Origin: a virus
Taxonomy: Duplodnaviria; Caudoviricetes
DNA length: 59,049 nt
Direction: 5' to 3' (one strand)
Virus record (IMG/VR): IMGVR_UViG_3300035145_003654
Location: 1-59,049 of that record
Shown here: piece by piece, positions 8,445 through 16,930 of the stretch
Layout: each line of letters opens with the position of its first letter
Numbering within the stretch: position 1 is the stretch's first letter
Translations under genes and position numbers: made by a program
Notes under the pieces: model-generated
What the model was told of the DNA's origin: nothing
What the model saw: the letters and a program-made list of their open reading frames with translations, nothing else
Database searches by the model: none

Positions 8445-10342
8445 AAAAACTCCTAACATCACTATTACTTTTAATTCCTATTTTTTCTATATCACAAACA
8501 TGTGATCTAGAATTTTTAGGATATGATAAAATTACCCAACAAGTTACTGTTGTTATTCACAATGGTGAAAATTGTGGGTGTAATGAATACACCCAACAAG
8601 ATGGTAATACTTGTAATGAAGCATCTTCATCAGCAGTAGGTAATAATGAAAGTGTTACCCACTTAGTTTTTGGCCTCCATTACGATGACTTCGATTATGA
8701 ACCAAATTGTACAGCTTCAACAGATTTCCACCCAGGATGGAATTTTGTTACTGCTGGGTTAGGGTGGGAATATTTTACGGGGGACACTGCTAATTTTCAA
8801 CTCGACCCCCCATTTGGTTGGGATTGTATGTTAAATAATCCTGTAGAGGGAATATGTTGGGAAATGGTTGTATGGCAAATTAATCTGTCCCAAACTGTTG
8901 ACATCGTAGATTTCCCTAACGATTTTTGGACTGATACTTGTGGTACTTGTGCCGATCAAACTCAAATGTACCCCGATATTAACCTATCAGATAATTCTTT
9001 AATCTGGTGCCCAGGTACAAACCCACCACCCCCTTTATATCCAGGTTGTATGGATCCCTTAGCTGAAAACTATGATGAAACAGCTAATTTTGATGATGGT
9101 TCATGTATAGACCCTCCAATCTATGGTTGTACTGACCCAACAGCTTGTAATTATACTTGTTTGAATCCACCTGCTGAGGTTGATGATGGTTCTTGTGTTT
9201 ACTGTGATACTCCTAATGGAGAAGAATTATGTGATGAGTGTCAAGGTGAAGGATATTTTGCTTGGTATTCAAACATTTTTGACTGTAATGATGGACCAGA
9301 TCTAACCCCTGTATCAATGGTTATAACAGATCAATTTTGTTTAAGTGATAATACAACTCATGTTTTCCAGTACCAATTAACTGCTACCAATGTAGGAACA
9401 GAAGATGTAGGGGAATTTTGTGTTCAAACTTCTTTAAACCCTAGCGCTTGGAATTGTTCTAATTTAGTTGATATAGATCCTGGAGCTAGTAATGTGCAAT
9501 GGGGTACTTTTCAAGCATCTTGGGTTTCAAACCAACCCGCTACAGTAACACTAGGATTTGTTGAAGGATTAAATGGTGAATTAGAAACAGTAACAGATAA
9601 TAATACCCTTACATTTAATATGCCTGAGTTTATTGAATGTATAGTTGTAAGTGGGTGTACAGATGTGTGTGCTATTAATTACGATCCTGGAGCTGTTGAA
9701 GATGATGGGAGTTGTGAATATGAAATTCTAATAGATACTGTTTATGTAGAACTTTTAGATACTTTATATATTGAATTACCTCCTGATACTGTTACTGTAA
9801 CAGAGTATGATACAACTTATATAGAGATTATAGATACTTTATATATTGAATTACCCCCTGATACTGTTACAGTTACTGAAACTGAATTTATTTTTATAAC
9901 AGATACTATATATGAAACTGATATAATTTTTATAACAGATACTTTATATATTACTTTAATTGATACTATTGTAGAATATCAATTTATAGAAATAGATTGT
10001 GCTACAGGTTTACCTTGTGAGGAAAACCCTGGGTTTAATGATTGTGAACCTTTAACAGTCTATATACCTAATACTTTTACTCCTAATAATGATGGGTATA
10101 ATGATGCTTGGGAGATAGTATTATTTCCTGAATGTTGGGCTGAAGTAGACGCTAAAGTATATAATAGGTGGGGAGGAGTAATATGGGAATCTACTGACCC
10201 CTATAATTTGATATGGGAGGGAGGATTCAACAATGGAGACTATTACGTCCCAGATGGAACTTATTATTGGACATTTACTGGAAGAAAAGCCAATTCTGCT
10301 TATATTGAACAGTTAGAAGGACATGTAACTATATTTAGGTAA
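8441..10342 (+). CDS. Secreted Cys-rich surface protein with T9SS type B (gliding-motility-associated) CTD
   Basis: Signal peptide; GC(T/M)D..A.NY....DDGSC repeats; DTxY repeat stalk; C-terminal YIPNTFTPNNDGYND..VYNRWG..PDGTYYW..GHVTIFR. Confidence 0.88.
   Translation: MKKLLTSLLLLIPIFSISQTCDLEFLGYDKITQQVTVVIHNGENCGCNEYTQQDGNTCNEASSSAVGNNESVTHLVFGLHYDDFDYEPNCTASTDFHPGWNFVTAGLGWEYFTGDTANFQLDPPFGWDCMLNNPVEGICWEMVVWQINLSQTVDIVDFPNDFWTDTCGTCADQTQMYPDINLSDNSLIWCPGTNPPPPLYPGCMDPLAENYDETANFDDGSCIDPPIYGCTDPTACNYTCLNPPAEVDDGSCVYCDTPNGEELCDECQGEGYFAWYSNIFDCNDGPDLTPVSMVITDQFCLSDNTTHVFQYQLTATNVGTEDVGEFCVQTSLNPSAWNCSNLVDIDPGASNVQWGTFQASWVSNQPATVTLGFVEGLNGELETVTDNNTLTFNMPEFIECIVVSGCTDVCAINYDPGAVEDDGSCEYEILIDTVYVELLDTLYIELPPDTVTVTEYDTTYIEIIDTLYIELPPDTVTVTETEFIFITDTIYETDIIFITDTLYITLIDTIVEYQFIEIDCATGLPCEENPGFNDCEPLTVYIPNTFTPNNDGYNDAWEIVLFPECWAEVDAKVYNRWGGVIWESTDPYNLIWEGGFNNGDYYVPDGTYYWTFTGRKANSAYIEQLEGHVTIFR
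9731..9975 (+). repeat. Intragenic degenerate tandem repeats encoding DT(V/L/I)Y units
   Basis: Near-identical ~43-bp copies at 9756 and 9831 (75-bp period), plus shorter tttttataacagatact repeats. Confidence 0.8.
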
Positions 10343-10343
10343 A

Positions 10344-10375
10344 TTTGGATGAACAAAAATTTGTTCATATGTTTG
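10344..10375 (+). promoter_or_regulatory. Bacteroidota sigma-A promoter upstream of thyX
   Basis: TTTGG at 10344 and a perfect TAnnTTTG (TATGTTTG) at 10368. The spacer contains the inverted repeat atgaacaa/ttgttcat. Confidence 0.75.
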
Positions 10376-10395
10376 CAACAAATTTATAAAACCAA

Positions 10396-11061
10396 ATGAA
10401 AGTTACTTTATTAAATGTTACGCCGAAAGCTGAAGAGCATATTGTGGAGGTTGCACGTGTATCTAGTTCACGTAAGAATAAGAAAGATAAACCAGAGGGC
10501 CTTCTCTCATACTTGGTACGACACAAACACTGGTCACCGTTCGAGCACGGTCATGCGACGTTCGAGATTGAAACTTCCAAAGCCATCGGAATCCAGCTCA
10601 TCCGTCACCGTTCGTTTTCTTTCCAAGAGTTTAGTCAACGATATCAAGATGTTAATCGTTTGGAATCTATGTTTGAACCCATTGAACTACGATCCCAGTG
10701 CGAAGACAACAGACAAAGCTCAGTCGAAGTAATTAACCCCAATCTTAAAAGAAAATATAATGGGGGAGGAGTTAAAGACTATCCAGCAGATAGAGTTGTA
10801 AAAAACTTCTTAAATGATGCTCATACTCTTTATAATGAGCTTTTAGAAGCAGGTGTTGCTCGTGAAACAGCTCGAATGGTTCTTCCGTTAGCTACAACTA
10901 CTAAAATTCATATGACAGGTAGTATTCGTAGTTGGATTCATTTCCTTGAGTTAAGAGATGATGAACATGCACAAAAAGAAATACAATTGGTAGCTAAAGA
11001 AATTAAAAAACATTTTATACAAGAATTTCCTATCATTTCAACTGCTTTGGGGTACGTATAA
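10396..11061 (+). CDS. thyX: Flavin-dependent thymidylate synthase
   Basis: HWSPFEH, RHRSFSFQEFSQRY, ARMVLP, HAQKEI. Confidence 0.96.
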   Translation: MKVTLLNVTPKAEEHIVEVARVSSSRKNKKDKPEGLLSYLVRHKHWSPFEHGHATFEIETSKAIGIQLIRHRSFSFQEFSQRYQDVNRLESMFEPIELRSQCEDNRQSSVEVINPNLKRKYNGGGVKDYPADRVVKNFLNDAHTLYNELLEAGVARETARMVLPLATTTKIHMTGSIRSWIHFLELRDDEHAQKEIQLVAKEIKKHFIQEFPIISTALGYV

Positions 11062-11068
11062 ATAAAAA

Positions 11069-11512
11069 ATGAAACATTTATTTATACTTTTTAATTTACT
11101 CCTTATTTGGGGGTGTATAGGTCGTTCCCAAAAAATAGGGTACGAGTTAAGAACAAACGGTAAATCATACCTTACTATAAGTCATAAAATACACGATAAA
11201 GGTGGACTTGAATTAAGGCATAAAACTGATTTAGGTGAAAATCGATTTACTTATAGACATAATTTTAAAGTAGCAGATAAAGTAGTGTTTAGTGTCCCAC
11301 TTCACTACAAAAGAGAAAAAAACGAACCTACTTGGGAACCTCGTTTAATTTACAAATTTGATAAATTTAAACTTTGGGCACAACAAGAGTTTTGGTTCGA
11401 CGAAATATACAATTTAGCAATCGCAACTGACATACCTTATAAAAATTACGTTTACCGAGTTGGTTGGGATACATCAAACACAATACGATTTAGAATTTCA
11501 ATTAAAATTTAA
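11069..11512 (+). CDS. Small exported protein, probable outer-membrane beta-barrel
   Basis: Signal peptide followed by alternating amphipathic beta-strands ending RFRISIKI. Confidence 0.5.
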   Translation: MKHLFILFNLLLIWGCIGRSQKIGYELRTNGKSYLTISHKIHDKGGLELRHKTDLGENRFTYRHNFKVADKVVFSVPLHYKREKNEPTWEPRLIYKFDKFKLWAQQEFWFDEIYNLAIATDIPYKNYVYRVGWDTSNTIRFRISIKI

Positions 11513-11521
11513 AACAACAAA

Positions 11522-12460
11522 ATGAGTTTATTAGCAATGGTGGGTTTTGCACTCGCCGGTTATTCAGTTATCGCTAACGATAGCGTTCAAACATTAGGCA
11601 CTTGGATCGCCTCAAACCGTGAAAGATTCAAATGGTATATAATGTGGGCTGCAGCCTCAGCAGTAATGATAGGTACCCTAGTTTATGGATGGACTGTTTA
11701 TGATGGAGATATTTCATTTGGTAGGTTAACTAAAATACCATTCCAAGAAGTACAGTGGTACCATGCACTAGCACCTTTAGCACTAGTGGCACTTACTAAA
11801 AAAGGTATACCTGTATCAACTTCATTTCTTGTACTTTCAGCATTTGCTTCAACTTTTGTACTTGAAAAAATGCTACTTAAAAGTGTAGTAGGATATGGTT
11901 TAGCTGCTGTTGTAGCTTATACTTTATGGTTTGTTATTTCTAATTTCTTTGATGAAAGTAGAGATATTAAAGAAGAAAATAAAAAATATTGGAGAATAGG
12001 ACAATGGCTTACTACAGGTTTTTTATGGTTTACTTGGCTTTCACATGATGTAGCTAACATTGCCGTATTCCTCCCACGCCAACTTTCAGTTGTAGAACTT
12101 ATAGGAGTAATTACCTTCTTTACAGCGGGTCTAGGATGGATTTTTTACCAACAAGGAGGTAAAATCCAAGAAATTGTCCTTGATAAACAAAACACAAAAT
12201 ACGTTAGATCAGCTACTTTAATTGATTTAGTGTATGCTTTCCTTTTACTTTACTTTAAACAGATAAATAACATTCCTATGTCAACTACCTGGGTATTTGT
12301 TGGATTGTTGTGTGGTAGAGAATTAGCATTGAATACATACCTTACTAAAAAGGGTAATCTTAAACAAGTATTCCCAATTGTTGCTAAAGACTTCCTTAAG
12401 CTTTTAGTTGGATTGGTAGTATCGGTTGCAATTGTATTATTAATCCATTATGTACTTTAA
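11522..12460 (+). CDS. PiT-family-like (phosphate/anion) inner-membrane transporter
   Basis: Multi-TM with duplicated signatures ANDSVQTLG / HDVANIA and PVSTS / PMSTT. Confidence 0.72.
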   Translation: MSLLAMVGFALAGYSVIANDSVQTLGTWIASNRERFKWYIMWAAASAVMIGTLVYGWTVYDGDISFGRLTKIPFQEVQWYHALAPLALVALTKKGIPVSTSFLVLSAFASTFVLEKMLLKSVVGYGLAAVVAYTLWFVISNFFDESRDIKEENKKYWRIGQWLTTGFLWFTWLSHDVANIAVFLPRQLSVVELIGVITFFTAGLGWIFYQQGGKIQEIVLDKQNTKYVRSATLIDLVYAFLLLYFKQINNIPMSTTWVFVGLLCGRELALNTYLTKKGNLKQVFPIVAKDFLKLLVGLVVSVAIVLLIHYVL

Positions 12461-12472
12461 AATTAAAAAATT

Positions 12473-13081
12473 ATGAATTGTCCAACGTTAAAACAAATTG
12501 AAGATACCGTAAAAGCCAAAGGTTATAAGTGGTTTGAAAACGGTGACTATAATCTTAATATTGTAGGTGTAAGGAATAGTGAAACTCTAGAAGAAGTAAC
12601 TAATAAATTCGATGACTGTATAACTATCTCTTATAAAGTAGATGGTTTATGGAGAATGGATTGCTATCCTTGTACAACTGATCCTGGTAGATATTGGGTA
12701 GAAAATTTGATAAATGAAGATGGGGTAGCTATCCTTAAAGAAAATCAATATAGAAGTACCTATCAAATTGGTATGCACCAAGGCAAATACGAAGCATTAT
12801 GCCAAGTAAAACCTGTTGAAGTTTATAGGGATGACAATTTAGATGATTGTTATGATTTAAATGAAGATAGTGTTCAAGAAGGTTTATTTGGAATTAATAT
12901 TCATAGAGCTACTAAATATGAAGGTTCAACATCCACCCAAGTAGATAAGTGGTCTGCAGGCTGCCAAGTAATAGCCTCAAATGATAATTGGCAGAATTTT
13001 ATAGGCCTTTGTAAACAGGCAAGAGATATTTGGGGTAACTCATTTACCTATACACTAATTAACTCAGACGATCTAGTTTAA
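12473..13081 (+). CDS. Putative peptidoglycan-active enzyme (L,D-transpeptidase-like His/Cys motif), possible endolysin
   Basis: TTDPG, GINIHRA ... WSAGCQV, resembling the YkuD-type H-x-S-x-GC catalytic motif. Confidence 0.5.
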   Translation: MNCPTLKQIEDTVKAKGYKWFENGDYNLNIVGVRNSETLEEVTNKFDDCITISYKVDGLWRMDCYPCTTDPGRYWVENLINEDGVAILKENQYRSTYQIGMHQGKYEALCQVKPVEVYRDDNLDDCYDLNEDSVQEGLFGINIHRATKYEGSTSTQVDKWSAGCQVIASNDNWQNFIGLCKQARDIWGNSFTYTLINSDDLV

Positions 13082-13593
13082 TGGAACAAGCAATAAGCCC
13101 TAAAGAGCTAGATATTAAAATTAAAATTCTAGCCAAGCAAATAAATGATGAACATAGAGATGACCCCACTCCTGTAGTATTAGTTTGTATACTTAATGGT
13201 GGTTTTATGTTCTTTAGTGATCTCGTAAAACAGATTAACATACCAATTGAAGTAGATTTTATTCGTTGTAAATCCTATTATGGTAGAAAACAAGGTGATT
13301 TAGTTGTTAGTAAGGATCTAGAAACCAAAATTAAAAACAAACACGTTTACCTTGTAGACGATATTTTAGATTCAGGTAATACTATGAAGGCTGTTACCAA
13401 GTTTCTATCAGTAAAGGAGCCTAAATCAGTCACCCCAGTTGTAGCAATTTATAAAGAAAGCGGGGATTTTGATAAAGTATTACATATATTGTATCAACCT
13501 ACTGATTCATTATTTGATCCTTGGTATATAGGCTATGGTATGGATGATGATAAAGGCCACAATAGAAATTTAAGTACAATTTATACAATATAA
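13081..13593 (+). CDS. hpt: Hypoxanthine/guanine phosphoribosyltransferase
   Basis: ILNGGFMFFSDL, LVDDILDSGNT PRPP loop, IGYGMD...RNL. Confidence 0.9.
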   Translation: MEQAISPKELDIKIKILAKQINDEHRDDPTPVVLVCILNGGFMFFSDLVKQINIPIEVDFIRCKSYYGRKQGDLVVSKDLETKIKNKHVYLVDDILDSGNTMKAVTKFLSVKEPKSVTPVVAIYKESGDFDKVLHILYQPTDSLFDPWYIGYGMDDDKGHNRNLSTIYTI

Positions 13594-14288
13594 TGGAAAA
13601 TAAAAGAAGAAAGCAACACAATGATATTGAGTGTGTTCCTATCGGTTATGCAAATGGTGCAGCAATGGACCGCCCTCTTACTCCTCATGAAAAAGAGGTA
13701 ATGATTAATGAAGCAGCAGATGCTTACAGTAAATTTTTAGATGCTCTAAAGTGTGATTGGAGGAACGATCCTAATTCAATGGAAACTCCTAAACGAGTAG
13801 CTAAAGCATATGTAAACGACTTATGGGCAGGCAGATATGACGGATTTACAGATATTACGTCTTTTCCTTCTGACGGTTATGATGGTATTATCATTGAAAG
13901 GAATATTCCTCTTACTAGCATGTGCAGTCATCACCACCAAACTATTCGTGGTGTTGTGCATATTGGTTATATCGCCGGAGCCGAAGGACGAGTTATTGGA
14001 CTTTCTAAACTTAACAGAATTGTTGAGCACTTTGGACGAAGAGGAGCAATCCAAGAACAATTGACAGCAGCTATCCACCAAGGCGTAGATAAAGTGTGTG
14101 AAGGTAATTTAGGAGTTATTGTTACTGTAGTTGCTACGCACAATTGTGTTAGTTGTAGAGGTATTAAGCATGCAGGTGCTGCTATGGTTACAACTAAGGC
14201 AACTGGTGCTTTTAGAGATGATACAAACCAAGCCCGCAAAGAATTTTTTGATAGTTTAAAAATTAATAATGGCGGGCATCAAATATAA
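13593..14288 (+). CDS. folE: GTP cyclohydrolase I
   Basis: ETPKRVAK, SMCSHH, IGLSKLNR, IQEQLT, HNCVSCRG. Confidence 0.96.
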   Translation: MENKRRKQHNDIECVPIGYANGAAMDRPLTPHEKEVMINEAADAYSKFLDALKCDWRNDPNSMETPKRVAKAYVNDLWAGRYDGFTDITSFPSDGYDGIIIERNIPLTSMCSHHHQTIRGVVHIGYIAGAEGRVIGLSKLNRIVEHFGRRGAIQEQLTAAIHQGVDKVCEGNLGVIVTVVATHNCVSCRGIKHAGAAMVTTKATGAFRDDTNQARKEFFDSLKINNGGHQI

Positions 14289-14293
14289 GAATT

Positions 14294-14875
14294 ATGAGTA
14301 AACCTACTGACATTTATACCCAACCTCTTCCTAAAAAACATTACGATTCTGATCAATTAGAATTATTTGAAGAATTTAAAATTCCAACTATTGTACCTTT
14401 TGTAAGTGAAGTAGAAGAATTTAATGCCTTAATGAACAAACCTAACAATTATGAGCCGACCATACCAGAAAAGAAAGAATGGGAATTCGTCTACAACTTC
14501 GTATTGGAGGAACTTGAGGAATATAGAGAAGCGTGTGAACAAGGTAACATCGTTGAGGTTTTGGATGCTTTGTGCGACATTGCTTACGTATCGTTGGGGA
14601 ATGGAACTATGCTACATGGTCTTAAAGATAAAATTTGGCCGGCCTATCAGGAAGTCCAAGCCTCTAACTTATCTAAAGCTTGCCAAACTGAAGATGAGGC
14701 ACGAAAAACGGTTGAAAAAAGATCCGAAGAGCAAGGTGAAGCCTGTCACTATGAAATGGTTGGTGATAAGTATATTGTCTACCGTACGCGAGACAGAAAA
14801 GTAATGAAGAATATAAATTACTTCAGGCCTGATTTAAAGCAATTTTTTACCGAAAAAGAGTTAAAAAATGTCTGA
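14294..14875 (+). CDS. MazG-like (all-alpha) NTP pyrophosphohydrolase
   Basis: EELEEY..EVLDALCDIAYV..EVQASNLSK..KVMK...YFRPDL. Confidence 0.85.
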   Translation: MSKPTDIYTQPLPKKHYDSDQLELFEEFKIPTIVPFVSEVEEFNALMNKPNNYEPTIPEKKEWEFVYNFVLEELEEYREACEQGNIVEVLDALCDIAYVSLGNGTMLHGLKDKIWPAYQEVQASNLSKACQTEDEARKTVEKRSEEQGEACHYEMVGDKYIVYRTRDRKVMKNINYFRPDLKQFFTEKELKNV

Positions 14876-15110
14876 TGGATTAAATGAAGCATTACGAGGT
14901 ACTTATAATTCATATAAAAAAGTACCTGTAACAAGAAATGTAGAACAAACTTTAGGCTTAATGCCAGACCAAAAATGGCACCGTAGAGTTTCCTTTATTA
15001 AATCAGGAATTCGAATTGTAGGTTATGCCTTTATCCCTTTTAGTTTAATAACAGCTACAATTTTGCTTGTTGCAAGTGAAGTTGTAGGTATAATTGAAGA
15101 ATTAGTATAA
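14868..15110 (+). CDS. Small membrane protein
   Basis: SFIKSGIRIVGY, then a hydrophobic tail ending GIIEELV. Confidence 0.6.
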   Translation: MSDGLNEALRGTYNSYKKVPVTRNVEQTLGLMPDQKWHRRVSFIKSGIRIVGYAFIPFSLITATILLVASEVVGIIEELV

Positions 15111-15111
15111 C

Positions 15112-15654
15112 ATGAAACATTATTCACAAATAGGCCAAGATTTATGGGTTATTGAAAAAACCCAAACCAAACGTAATGGTTATTTTATAGATATGGGGGC
15201 TGCTCACCCCATTACTATTAATAATACCTATGCTTTAGAAACTGAGTGGGAGTGGACAGGTATTTCATATGATATTGGTCCCCCTAGAACACATGGGATA
15301 GATAGAGATGTAATTAATACTCCTGAAAAGTATACCCACTTATGGAATGAACATCGTTCAACTCCTATTATTGTTTGTGATCTTTTAGAATTAAATATTG
15401 AACAATCTTTTATTGAAAACAACGTCCCCTCTGTAGTAGATTATATTTCTATAGATCTATACCCCCCAGCATCACATAATGTGCTTTATAGATTACCTTT
15501 AGATAATTATAGTTTTAAGTGTATTACTTTTGAACATGATGCTTATAAAGGATTTGAACAAGAAAAACAAGAAGCTATAGATTATATGGAATCTAAAGGT
15601 TATACTTTAGATAAAATTTATAAACAAGATTGTTTTTTTACCTTTAACTTGTAA
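15112..15654 (+). CDS. FkbM-like SAM methyltransferase
   Basis: YSQIGQD, FIDMGA, NNTYALE..W.G, VDYISID, ITFEH. Confidence 0.75.
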   Translation: MKHYSQIGQDLWVIEKTQTKRNGYFIDMGAAHPITINNTYALETEWEWTGISYDIGPPRTHGIDRDVINTPEKYTHLWNEHRSTPIIVCDLLELNIEQSFIENNVPSVVDYISIDLYPPASHNVLYRLPLDNYSFKCITFEHDAYKGFEQEKQEAIDYMESKGYTLDKIYKQDCFFTFNL

Positions 15655-15678
15655 GGTATTTAGATAATAAAATAAACA

Positions 15679-15927
15679 ATGAAACAACTTTTATATTTTT
15701 CTGCCCCTTGGTGTGGGCCTTGTAGACAGTTAGGTCCTGTAATGGAGGGACTTAGTTCTGAAATAAACATCAAAAAAATTAATGTAGATGATAATCCTGA
15801 GTTGGCACAACAATTTGGGATTCGAAATATCCCAACTGTAGTTTTAACATCTAATGGAGCAGAGGTTATTAGAAAGATAGGTGCTCATCCGAGACAAACT
15901 TATCTTGATATGTATAACCAAAACTAA
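15679..15927 (+). CDS. trxA: Thioredoxin
   Basis: WCGPC and IRNIPT. Confidence 0.93.
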   Translation: MKQLLYFSAPWCGPCRQLGPVMEGLSSEINIKKINVDDNPELAQQFGIRNIPTVVLTSNGAEVIRKIGAHPRQTYLDMYNQN

Positions 15928-16910
15928 TGTTAAAAAAGCTACAAGAAAGAATATTCCCTTTTATAATAGCTTTAAGCGCTTTATCAGTTTCGGCATCAGC
16001 AGCATTTTACTCAGTCACAGGATTAAGTAAATTGTTTGCTGGTGCTTCAACTGAGGTGCTTATAATGGCCGGTTCTTTAGAGGTTTCTAAACTTGTAATA
16101 GCCTCTTTACTTTATCAGTACTGGGATACAATAAACAAAGTATTAAGAACATACCTAGCAGTTGCTTGTGTAGTCTTAATTTTAATCACCTCAGCAGGCA
16201 TTTATGGATTTTTATCTGCCGCTTACCAAGAAACAGCAGCACTAGCAGGAAGTGTGGATGCCCAAATTGCTCTTATAGAAACTAAAAGAGACAATGTAAA
16301 AGAGCAATTAGCTGTCTATAATGAGGAAAAAACCTCTATCAACAGTGCTGTAGCTTCATTGCGAGATGGTTTATCTAACAATGTAATACAATATAAGGAC
16401 AGGGAAACTGGTGAAATTATAACAACTACTTCTAGCTCAACCCGTAGAGCTTTAGAAAAACAATTAGATCAAGCTATTGATAGACAAACTGAAATTAATT
16501 CTAAAGTAGATGGGTTAAATGAACAATTATTTGAGTATGAAACCCAAATAGTAGAAGTCCAAACCAGTAGTGAAATTGGAAGTGAATTAGGCCCACTTAA
16601 GTACCTTTCAGGATTAACTGGTTTAGGTATGGATAAAATAATAAATTATCTTCTTTTAGTAATAATTTTTGTTTTCGATCCTTTGGCCATATCTTTAGTA
16701 GTAGCTGCAAACTTTGCTTTTGCTAAGTTACGTAAAGAAGAACCTAAAGAGGAAGTAAAAGTGGTAGAAAAGATAGTCGAAAAAATAGTTGAGGTAGAAA
16801 AACCATTAGAAGTATATGGAGATAAACCAAATCAAACTTTACCTGGAGCTAATCCACCACCTCAAAAAAAAGTCCAATCCCGAAGGGGTCTAACAGGTCC
16901 TCAGCCTTAA
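15927..16910 (+). CDS. Multi-TM membrane protein with long coiled coil
   Basis: Three N-terminal TMs, a coiled coil, ELGPLKYL, and a C-terminal TM with IIFVFDPLA. Confidence 0.7.
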   Translation: MLKKLQERIFPFIIALSALSVSASAAFYSVTGLSKLFAGASTEVLIMAGSLEVSKLVIASLLYQYWDTINKVLRTYLAVACVVLILITSAGIYGFLSAAYQETAALAGSVDAQIALIETKRDNVKEQLAVYNEEKTSINSAVASLRDGLSNNVIQYKDRETGEIITTTSSSTRRALEKQLDQAIDRQTEINSKVDGLNEQLFEYETQIVEVQTSSEIGSELGPLKYLSGLTGLGMDKIINYLLLVIIFVFDPLAISLVVAANFAFAKLRKEEPKEEVKVVEKIVEKIVEVEKPLEVYGDKPNQTLPGANPPPQKKVQSRRGLTGPQP

Positions 16911-16930
16911 CAATAGAATATAATTAAGTT

